From: a virus
Taxonomy: Duplodnaviria; Caudoviricetes
IMG/VR virus record: IMGVR_UViG_3300029288_000132
Span: 24,339-88,338 of that record
Length of the DNA stretch: 64,000 nt
Direction: 5' to 3' (one strand)
The notes under the pieces are model-generated. The model had not been told where the DNA came from, did not search any database, and saw only the letters and a list, made by a program, of their open reading frames with translations. Numbering within the stretch: the first letter of the stretch is position 1; every line of letters starts with the position of its first letter. The position numbers were made by a program, and so were the translations under genes. Positions 17,486 through 25,338 of this stretch are shown piece after piece.

Positions 17486-20269
17486 TTACGCTCCGCCTTG
17501 CAGTACAGTAAACCAGCAAGTATATGGTGGCGTTGTTGAAACACCATCATTATTTATAGCTACAATGGTATAGCTATGAACACCCGCAGCACGTTGTCCT
17601 ATTGCTACATTAAAGTCTACTCCGCCTATGCTTGTATTAGTATGTGGGTTGGTGGTGATCGGTATCCGCACACCATCCAACCATAGTGATGCTGAATAAA
17701 CGCCCTTCGCAAGATCGTATGCGTTAAAGGTTATAATTAACTCTTGACCGGAATAAAGGGTTGTCTGTGATTGCCCTGCTGTTTGAAATATAGGTGTTGT
17801 CCGCTCGGCCTCATCGTACTGCGTGATCACAACATTACGGATCGTAGCGTTTGAGCTGACAACAATCGTACAATCGGTTGGCGATGTCGTACCCGTAATT
17901 GGCATTGATAGCTGCCCATTAACAGTGGTGATATGGATTTTATAATAACGATAAGCTACACCATTGCTAAACGTGAAGTACGGAGTCCAAGCGTTTATAC
18001 CTGGCGCTTCGGTATTAATTCTTGTATCTAAGATGATCCAATTTATGCCATCGTGTGAGCCTTGAAAAGTAAAATCGCGTGGGAATCCGTCGCCACTGTT
18101 ATAATTCTGCTCATTAATAATTTCACCATTTACAACAGTCGTGCCATTATAATTCTGTTCTTGAATTGCATATTTGTTTATAGCGACCGCATGGCCAACT
18201 CCAAAATCATACTGAATGTACCACGGTGCGATCGATGTAGCACTTATCCATCTATCCGATTCACCGAGATTTGTACCACTGAATGCTTTCCATGCAGAAT
18301 AATATGTTGAACGATATTCAGAATAATATTCACTTGTAGCACTAACAACATTCGGCTCTGGTACCGTGTTAGATGCCATAATAGTAGTACAAGCATTAGT
18401 TGCAGCATTATTCGCACCATCAACAGAAATACAGATTAGTTTAAGCTCTGCTATATTAGTCGCAGTCCCACCGCCAACAACAGCAGCGATGCTTAATCTA
18501 TAATAACGATAAGCCGTCCCGTTGTTGAACGAGAAGTAATCGCTCCAAGACGCTGGACCAGGTGCGCTAATATCGACTCTCGTATCAAGCGTATCCCAAG
18601 TAATTTCATCGTTAGAAGCTTGAAGACTAAAATCTTTCGGGAAACCTACATAATTGAATGAATTTCGCTCTTGTATCGCATATTTATTTATAACTACGGC
18701 AGTATAGAAGTCATATTGCAAATAATGCGGAAACGGCGTCGATTGACTAGCCCATATATCATTCTCATCAAGACTAGATCTATTAAATGCTTTCCATGCC
18801 GGACAAAAGAATGATGCTTCTTCCCAGGTCGTCCATGCATTACCATGAGCGAATGGGTCAAAAACTACATCGCCATTTGGACCGAACAGTTTATGTGTGT
18901 AAGTATGGTTAGATTCACCGTTTTGTAAACAACTGACTTTACCGTTGGATAAAGGACGCACTAAGACACACGCATCAAACACAGAACTACGCGGAGGTGA
19001 TTGGTCCTCTATACAAATTAGATAAGCGCCTGGGATAGTCCTCGGATCAATAAAACCAGCCATACGACTAGGACTGTCACCACCCGCTAACGCCCAATTT
19101 ATTTCATAATTACCGCCAATCCAGTGATAAAAATCTGAGGTCGTCGGATCTAATGTCGTCTCAATTTGTTGAACGCCATAGCGATAAGATCTGAAAACGT
19201 ATTGCCCAAGATGTGTAGGGTTACTTTCCGATCGTTCGCTATCTGCACTAGCTACATATGGTGCTGGTGTCGTATTGGAAGTCATCTTCGCAGTACAAGT
19301 TGTAGTTTCAGCATTATTGCTACCATCAGTCGACATACAGACCAGTTTTATTTCACCGATAATGACACATGGCGACGGGAATATATCAAGAATCACAACT
19401 GGCGGCGGTGCGATATCTATTGAAGCTGGCTCTATTGAGCTTGTAATTGTTTCGCCAACTGTAGTTTGTTCGACATATGTAATAGTTGGAACAACCTGCT
19501 CTGCTACAACTGGTTGTACTGGCATTTCACTTGTATCCATACCAGGCAGCGGTAACCCACTACCAGCTACAGCTTCTGTAACTCCAATCGTCTTATTGAA
19601 TCGTATTGGCAATATTTCGCTTGCCGCAATTCTCGCTTTTATCAATCCGAAAACACATGAATCGTTATAGCATCCAGGCGTAAATGGATGCACAGGAACA
19701 ATAACTTGTTTGTTAATAAAAACAAGACTATCTCGGCTTGCTATTGGTGTTGAATATGCTATTTCAGTCAGATCGTTGGTTGATAAATCACGTTTGAAAA
19801 CCAAGTAATCGTTAGTAGGAAAGATATTTTTCTGAGCGGCGACATCCTTAGCAGTCGCTACAGTGGTTGGATCAACTAGATCGCGTTCAAGTTTGATGTC
19901 AGTAATATTATACTCAGGCATTTGTGTCGTATCAACCAACTTCTTGTTCTGCATATAGGCAAGAAGCTGGTTGATATCACGATCATCAACAATGCCATCG
20001 CCACTGACATCAACATATGGCTGGTTTGCTGATCTGTTCTTCGGCAGTGGTCCAGACCCATGGGTAGCGATATAATTAGCTATAGCATTATAGTCATTAA
20101 TATCGACTACACCATCACCCATTACATCAAATCGATTACCAGGATTTTGCCATTTAGAAGAACCCAATATTACAGTACTTATAGTAAACTTACCTACCAA
20201 TGGCGTGACCTGAATCACCTCAACATATGTTGTTAATCCGATTTTTGTAGATGGCGGCGGTATAATCAT
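17486..20269 (-). CDS. virion surface protein: dockerin type I + two F5/8C (discoidin/CBM32-like) domains + Ig-like C-terminus
   Basis: Paired DVxGDGxV EF-hand-like loops (aa 40-106); two AWKAF...W...P...QYDF...INKY...PKDF/PRDF..QxSxD...W..LD...YRYY repeats. Confidence 0.8.
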   Translation of the reverse strand: MIIPPPSTKIGLTTYVEVIQVTPLVGKFTISTVILGSSKWQNPGNRFDVMGDGVVDINDYNAIANYIATHGSGPLPKNRSANQPYVDVSGDGIVDDRDINQLLAYMQNKKLVDTTQMPEYNITDIKLERDLVDPTTVATAKDVAAQKNIFPTNDYLVFKRDLSTNDLTEIAYSTPIASRDSLVFINKQVIVPVHPFTPGCYNDSCVFGLIKARIAASEILPIRFNKTIGVTEAVAGSGLPLPGMDTSEMPVQPVVAEQVVPTITYVEQTTVGETITSSIEPASIDIAPPPVVILDIFPSPCVIIGEIKLVCMSTDGSNNAETTTCTAKMTSNTTPAPYVASADSERSESNPTHLGQYVFRSYRYGVQQIETTLDPTTSDFYHWIGGNYEINWALAGGDSPSRMAGFIDPRTIPGAYLICIEDQSPPRSSVFDACVLVRPLSNGKVSCLQNGESNHTYTHKLFGPNGDVVFDPFAHGNAWTTWEEASFFCPAWKAFNRSSLDENDIWASQSTPFPHYLQYDFYTAVVINKYAIQERNSFNYVGFPKDFSLQASNDEITWDTLDTRVDISAPGPASWSDYFSFNNGTAYRYYRLSIAAVVGGGTATNIAELKLICISVDGANNAATNACTTIMASNTVPEPNVVSATSEYYSEYRSTYYSAWKAFSGTNLGESDRWISATSIAPWYIQYDFGVGHAVAINKYAIQEQNYNGTTVVNGEIINEQNYNSGDGFPRDFTFQGSHDGINWIILDTRINTEAPGINAWTPYFTFSNGVAYRYYKIHITTVNGQLSMPITGTTSPTDCTIVVSSNATIRNVVITQYDEAERTTPIFQTAGQSQTTLYSGQELIITFNAYDLAKGVYSASLWLDGVRIPITTNPHTNTSIGGVDFNVAIGQRAAGVHSYTIVAINNDGVSTTPPYTCWFTVLQGGA

Positions 20270-20275
20270 TGTTCT

Positions 20276-21151
20276 CTACGATATCGTCAAAATAAATTGC
20301 TTGCTGCATCGCGTCGAACCATCTGGAAGTGTGGCTTTGACAGAATAGGTATATGTCCCCTTCAAAAATTTAGTCGTATCGACCATATATCTGAATACAT
20401 ATGGATTTGAACGATACGACCCTTGCCGCAAGCCTATAGTTAGAGGCTCTTCCTCGACCAATACCTCGTGATTTTCTGTCTGAATTGTGATAGTTCCAAT
20501 AAGCTGTGGTAGGATAGGAGCCACCAAATTGAAATCATAATCATATAACGGCAAAGGCATAATACCAATTTCAAGTGGCCTAACTTCTGATTGGTTGAAT
20601 TTCTGATCAAGCGGCTCGAAACCAAGCCTAACTGATGTTAGTGAATCTTGTACATCCCAGTCGTCTGCATATACCCAAAACTTATTGCATGCTTGCAAAA
20701 TTAGACCGCTCAATGCAGGATCGTTCAGATCTGGATATCTTGTATATCCATCAGTACCAATGATGCATGCACCAGTAAATTCTTCGAGAGTACAGGGATC
20801 TGTTGGGATATAACTCCAAACATCATAATAAACATCTGGTACCGCTGCATCTGCTGGAATATCAAATAAGAGCCGGTATTCACCGGGCAATATTGCTCCT
20901 TGCTCGCCCTCGGTTCCACATGCTCCATCAGGCGTATCACCTCTAATATATTCAACAGGAGATGGGTAGTTTGGTTCCCAGGGGTCGACAACGACGAATG
21001 ATGCGACCAGGTTCGCTGGAATTATCTGGGTCTTATATATATCAACTTTACGTATCGCATACGGGGCAGTGGGGATCCCACCTCGTAAGAATCGCGTGTC
21101 TAATTGCACTGTGTTGCCACGCCTGGCAGAGATTCGTTGATATACAGCCAT
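20276..21151 (-). CDS. hypothetical structural-module protein
   Basis: 291 aa, GAGG SD, beta-rich. Confidence 0.7.
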   Translation of the reverse strand: MAVYQRISARRGNTVQLDTRFLRGGIPTAPYAIRKVDIYKTQIIPANLVASFVVVDPWEPNYPSPVEYIRGDTPDGACGTEGEQGAILPGEYRLLFDIPADAAVPDVYYDVWSYIPTDPCTLEEFTGACIIGTDGYTRYPDLNDPALSGLILQACNKFWVYADDWDVQDSLTSVRLGFEPLDQKFNQSEVRPLEIGIMPLPLYDYDFNLVAPILPQLIGTITIQTENHEVLVEEEPLTIGLRQGSYRSNPYVFRYMVDTTKFLKGTYTYSVKATLPDGSTRCSKQFILTIS

Positions 21152-21191
21152 ACTGCACCTCGTTTCAATATCTTTGCTAAGCCGAAGATTA

Positions 21192-21470
21192 TTAGTGAGG
21201 TAGAGTAGACGGCATTGCTGAGGATTCCTTCTTATTCCGTTCCTCAGCCACCTTCTCTAACTTCTTAGCCCACCACGCACGCTCTTCGCCAGTCATCGAA
21301 TTCTGTTCGAATAGCGTTAATTCCCCAGTGCCGCCCACTCCTGCTCTCAACATGAATTGCTGCTCCATCAGCATATTCCATTCTTTTTCACACTGTTCGT
21401 GTGACTTGTGGACGAAAAAAGGATTCGGTGATCGGCAACATAGCACGGTATGCTTCATTGCATGCCGCAC
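21192..21470 (-). CDS. gp51-like baseplate/tail assembly chaperone segment (start uncertain; possible frameshift product)
   Basis: EQNSMTGEERAWWAKKLEK resembles gp51-type M.P.ER.....L motif; overlaps the gp26-like 3' end. Confidence 0.6.
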   Translation of the reverse strand: MRHAMKHTVLCCRSPNPFFVHKSHEQCEKEWNMLMEQQFMLRAGVGGTGELTLFEQNSMTGEERAWWAKKLEKVAEERNKKESSAMPSTLPH

Positions 21471-22413
21471 ATTGTATCTCGACCATCGTTTCGATACTGG
21501 GGGTATTTTCGGATAGCCATTCTCTGATGACGGCTATGTCCGTAGAATGCATCTTATTAACGATGCTCTTTATCTTGAATCGATCTGTGACACCCATGAT
21601 GTCGACAATAACCGTCTCGATATTCTGAGTAACCAGATCATCGAGGGCTATCTCGTCATGACTATGGTCGACGAATTGTTGAGCACGCTCTCTTGGTTTG
21701 ATCTTAGCTCTAGAGCCGCCAACGATCATGTTTTGAGCCTTCTTCATACGTTGGATACCATTTGCATCTCGTACGCGAAGATATCTAATCGACGCCGTAA
21801 TTTCTCTACCGGTCGTCTTACTCAAATATGGCAATGATACTTTGAATGGTTCAGACCCAAGTGATTCGTCTGCCCAAACGATCGTAGTAACAAGCTCATT
21901 CAAGTCGATGGAGTGAGTGGCTACCTGCTGGCATTGCTGGTTTGGACAGGTCGATGCGAATTCATAGATATTGCCGTGAGTAATACCGCGCAGATAGTAC
22001 AGGAGATAGATCTGATCACCAACCAACAAATCCTGTACGTCGAATCCATCCGGAAAACGGCAACATTCCTTCAACATATAGTCGATAGATTGGCCGGTTT
22101 GTGCTAATCGCGCAGTAGCTAAGATCTTGTCAACCTTTGCCGACCATGCCTTCACGCCTATTACCCCAGAACTCCAACCATAGTATAGACCCTTGCTTGG
22201 CAAGGTCGTCTCTTCCCAAGGGATTAGCTGTTCTGGTGTAGCTCTTGAAATGATGTCGACGACATCGAGATCAGAAGTAGCATTACCAACCAATTTCGAG
22301 ATATCCGAGATCGGTTTCTCGCTCAATGGCGTTGTTGATGCTGATTGGGCTTGTAATTGACTTGGAGCGTCACCACCGGTAAGATGTACTTCTTCTTCTA
22401 CACGATCTGCCAT
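21388..22413 (-). CDS. gp26-like baseplate hub assembly protein
   Basis: TLPSKGLYY, DLLVGDQIYLLYYLRGITHG..Y, CPN..C, C..C...Y...LPITESFFRP; AGGTGG SD before ATG 22413. Confidence 0.8.
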   Translation of the reverse strand: MADRVEEEVHLTGGDAPSQLQAQSASTTPLSEKPISDISKLVGNATSDLDVVDIISRATPEQLIPWEETTLPSKGLYYGWSSGVIGVKAWSAKVDKILATARLAQTGQSIDYMLKECCRFPDGFDVQDLLVGDQIYLLYYLRGITHGNIYEFASTCPNQQCQQVATHSIDLNELVTTIVWADESLGSEPFKVSLPYLSKTTGREITASIRYLRVRDANGIQRMKKAQNMIVGGSRAKIKPRERAQQFVDHSHDEIALDDLVTQNIETVIVDIMGVTDRFKIKSIVNKMHSTDIAVIREWLSENTPSIETMVEIQCAACNEAYRAMLPITESFFRPQVTRTV

Positions 22414-22474
22414 TGGTCCACCTATAAGTAGCTTGTTTATGTGGTCTAGATTATATCTACCAAGCAAAAAACCA

Positions 22475-23029
22475 TCAGTAGCCTTCTGACGCGGAGCTAT
22501 CTGATGTAGAATCGGCCCAATCGTATGCAATAGTTACATCGATCACCTTTATCTCGGTAGCAGTATATGTCAGATCGCCCTCTTTAACGCTCTGCGGCCA
22601 GCTACCATAAAGAGTCCAAGTAGTCCATGATGAGAAATCTAGATTATAAACCTTGATGACGGAATCTTTTTTATAGTCAACTGGACTATTGAGACCGGTC
22701 TTCACCGACCATACCTTCTCACGCCAATCCTTAATAATCTGTGATGCCTTATTAGAGCCTACCACAACATCATAGAACGTGATTCTGATATCTTCCCAAG
22801 TAACCATTCCAGCATATTTATAAACGAGCGAAGAACCATCAACGGTATCTTTCGTGATTGTAAAAGTAGGTAGTGTCGCCTCTTTTGCTAACAATTTTGT
22901 TGGGAATAAGTTCCGATTGTCCTCAAATAGATTAATGATCTCCCAAGTATATTGGTAAACAGGCTTCAGATTATTCTCTGTAGCTGCAATTCCAGTACCG
23001 ACATCTGTAGCAACTATGAATCCTGGCGT
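22475..23029 (-). CDS. tail tube protein paralogue 3 (gp19-like), proposed ACG start
   Basis: YKYAGMVTWEDIRITFYD, WTLYGSWPQSV..GDLTY..TEI..IDVTIAYDW; GGGAG 6 nt before ACG-CCA-GGA-TTC. Confidence 0.8.
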   Translation of the reverse strand, partial: TPGFIVATDVGTGIAATENNLKPVYQYTWEIINLFEDNRNLFPTKLLAKEATLPTFTITKDTVDGSSLVYKYAGMVTWEDIRITFYDVVVGSNKASQIIKDWREKVWSVKTGLNSPVDYKKDSVIKVYNLDFSSWTTWTLYGSWPQSVKEGDLTYTATEIKVIDVTIAYDWADSTSDSSASEGY

Positions 23030-23039
23030 AATATTCTCC

Positions 23040-23576
23040 CTATGTAGCTGGTGCCTGATCTTTAACTTCGATTTTCTCTTCAGTTGACTTATCCATCTCC
23101 AAGGTAAATGTGATTTCGGATATCTTAGACGAAGTGTAATCAAGCTCATCCGGAGTTACTTTAGACGGCCAGCAACCATGCATTGTATATCTATAGATAG
23201 CAGCACCAGTGCCATTAAGCATTTCCAACGTACAGGTGCGTTTTCTAAGGTTAATCTGCGACCGGTTGATGTTTATAACACCAGTCGACCACCATTGATA
23301 AATCTGGAAGGCGGCGTCGGTATTAGTGACGACGTGATAGAAACTTATTTCTATTGGTGTCCACTTCTGCTTACCAGGGAAATAGACACAATCTTGCTGG
23401 TAGTGTAAAGTCGCCTTATCGAATTCTACCCTTGGCCTACCAGACTTATGGGCATATAATAATATGTCTTTTAGAGGATCAAGGGTAGCAAACTTCCAAC
23501 GATGCTGGCGTGCCACTTCGACCGTAGCTCCGGGTTGCTGTGCTTGGTTGTTCTGGCCGATATTGAATCCTGGCAA
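23040..23576 (-). CDS. tail tube protein paralogue 2 (gp19-like), TTG start
   Basis: YFPGKQKWTPIEISFY, YTMHGCWPSKVTPDELDY; AGGAG SD 7 nt upstream. Confidence 0.85.
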   Translation of the reverse strand: MPGFNIGQNNQAQQPGATVEVARQHRWKFATLDPLKDILLYAHKSGRPRVEFDKATLHYQQDCVYFPGKQKWTPIEISFYHVVTNTDAAFQIYQWWSTGVININRSQINLRKRTCTLEMLNGTGAAIYRYTMHGCWPSKVTPDELDYTSSKISEITFTLEMDKSTEEKIEVKDQAPAT

Positions 23577-23652
23577 AGAATCTCTCCTGACGTATAGAGC
23601 AAGACATCACAGAACAACTACTTTAAGTTTGATATGAATGTTATATATACGA

Positions 23653-23678
23653 AGAAGGCCAGCAATTGCTGGCCTTCT
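23653..23678 (-). terminator. palindromic hairpin downstream of tube gene 1 (terminator or mRNA stabiliser)
   Basis: AGAAGGCCAGC-AATT-GCTGGCCTTCT, 21 nt past the stop; weak U-tract. Confidence 0.6.
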
Positions 23679-23699
23679 ATATCGCTGAATGGCGGATGG

Positions 23700-24206
23700 C
23701 TAGCCTTTGATAGCCCGATCATACCGCAACGTCGCTTCGATTGTCACGATATCAGTCGCTGTATAATCCAGATCACCCCAGTTGACTTCCTTGGGCCATG
23801 CATTACACATAGTCCATGTCTCGGTCGTGTTCCCAGCAGCACCGATCATCTCCAATGTCGCCTGTTGCTTATATGCTGACGGAGCGTAAACGGTGGCTGT
23901 CGGCAGATCGACAACGGTGTTCAACCATTGGTAAATCGTGTCCGACACGTCGGGATTCTGTTCGACGTCATACCACTTCATGCTGACCGGTTCCCAGGTC
24001 TGCTTACCGGCAAAGTAAGCTACTTCCTGGTCATGGTGCATTTCTGGTTCTGCGAACTTGAAATTCGGACGTGAGGCGGATTGCAAAACAAGCAACGCCG
24101 CAGGGTTCACTGATCCAAGCGTTCGGAAAACCCAACGGTGTTTTCTGCGAGTTTCCAAGTTGGCGGCTGGGCCATTACCAGTACCACAGATATTGAATCC
24201 AGGAAT
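23700..24206 (-). CDS. tail tube protein paralogue 1 (likely major, gp19-like), proposed ATT start
   Basis: YFAGKQTWEPVSMKWYD, WTMCNAWPKEVNWGDLDY..TIEATLRYDRA; AAGGAG 9 nt before ATT-CCT-GGA-TTC; host-like GC-rich codons. Confidence 0.88.
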   Translation of the reverse strand: MPGFNICGTGNGPAANLETRRKHRWVFRTLGSVNPAALLVLQSASRPNFKFAEPEMHHDQEVAYFAGKQTWEPVSMKWYDVEQNPDVSDTIYQWLNTVVDLPTATVYAPSAYKQQATLEMIGAAGNTTETWTMCNAWPKEVNWGDLDYTATDIVTIEATLRYDRAIKG

Positions 24207-24266
24207 TGTCAGGGTCTCCTTCACGTGATACAATGGACATTGTGGCTTCTAGCACTGGAATATTAC

Positions 24267-25262
24267 ATGCGAGATCTCAAATCCGAGTACCAAAGGCTCC
24301 ATCAACATCGCATTGCTTTTAATTTATGTTTGATGTGTGGTGGTCCCCGTGATTCAGAAAAATCGTCCTGCTCTAAATGTCTGACAAGAAAAAGCGAAAG
24401 ACGAAAAGCTGCTCGTAAAGCTAGACAAGCTATTGGTGTCTGCTTATGTGGCCGACCAATTTCAAAAGGGAAGATGTGCGACAGATGTAAGGAGAAGAGT
24501 AAAAGAGAAAGAGTAATACACGACAAACGTTGGGCTGCTAAAGGACTTTGCCCTAGGTGCGGTAAAGATCCGCTCCCTGGTAAGATTTATTGTACTACTC
24601 ACGCTACCTATCAAACGTCGATTATTATGAAACGATACAATAATCGCAGACTAAGCAACCAATGTACTGTCTGTGGTAATGATTTGGTTGTTGGTGAATC
24701 GATACGTTGCAAGTCTTGCAACGGCATCCATGTAGAGGCCAGTAGACGCAAGTGGCACAGAGATCGCAAGAAAGTTTTAGACCATTATGGTGCTAAATGT
24801 GCTTGTTGTGGTGAAACAACTTATGAATTCTTGGAGGTAGATCACATAGACGGAGACGGAGTAAAACACAGGAAAATTACTGGTAGACATATTACATCTT
24901 GGATTATTAGAAACAAGTTCCCAGATTGGCTAAGGTTATTGTGTGCTAATTGCAATCGCGGAATCGGCCATTATAAAACATGTCCGCATAAAACAGAACC
25001 ACAAATGCCGCATTCTCCATCTGGTAGAAGGGCCAGAAACAGACGCTTAAAAGTTATCGCTCATTATGGCGGCAAATGCGTTTGTTGTGGCGAATCGAAT
25101 TGGGCTTTTCTAGAATTCGACCATATCAATAACGACGGTGCCAAGCATCGTAAAGCAATAGGGCAGTTAAAGCCAGAGTGGATTATTGCAAACGGCTATC
25201 CTGATTATCTACAATTATTGTGTGCTAATTGCAATAAAGCTAAAGGTCTTTATGGCAATTAG
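24267..25262 (+). CDS. HNH endonuclease with four Cys-rich Zn fingers and two tandem HNH domains
   Basis: YGAKCACCGE...DHIDGDG...LLCANCN and YGGKCVCCGE...DHINNDG...LLCANCN; antisense between sheath and tube. Confidence 0.85.
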   Translation: MRDLKSEYQRLHQHRIAFNLCLMCGGPRDSEKSSCSKCLTRKSERRKAARKARQAIGVCLCGRPISKGKMCDRCKEKSKRERVIHDKRWAAKGLCPRCGKDPLPGKIYCTTHATYQTSIIMKRYNNRRLSNQCTVCGNDLVVGESIRCKSCNGIHVEASRRKWHRDRKKVLDHYGAKCACCGETTYEFLEVDHIDGDGVKHRKITGRHITSWIIRNKFPDWLRLLCANCNRGIGHYKTCPHKTEPQMPHSPSGRRARNRRLKVIAHYGGKCVCCGESNWAFLEFDHINNDGAKHRKAIGQLKPEWIIANGYPDYLQLLCANCNKAKGLYGN

Positions 25263-25299
25263 CACACAATAATTGTAGATAATCACCTATGATATAGGA

Positions 25300-25321
25300 A
25301 GGGCCAGCTTTCGCTGGCCCT
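25300..25321 (-). terminator. hairpin downstream of the sheath gene (also downstream of the HNH gene on +)
   Basis: AGGGCCAGC-GAAA-GCTGGCCCT on minus; 9 bp stem, GNRA loop. Confidence 0.6.
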
Positions 25322-25338
25322 CTTGTCACATCATCGGA

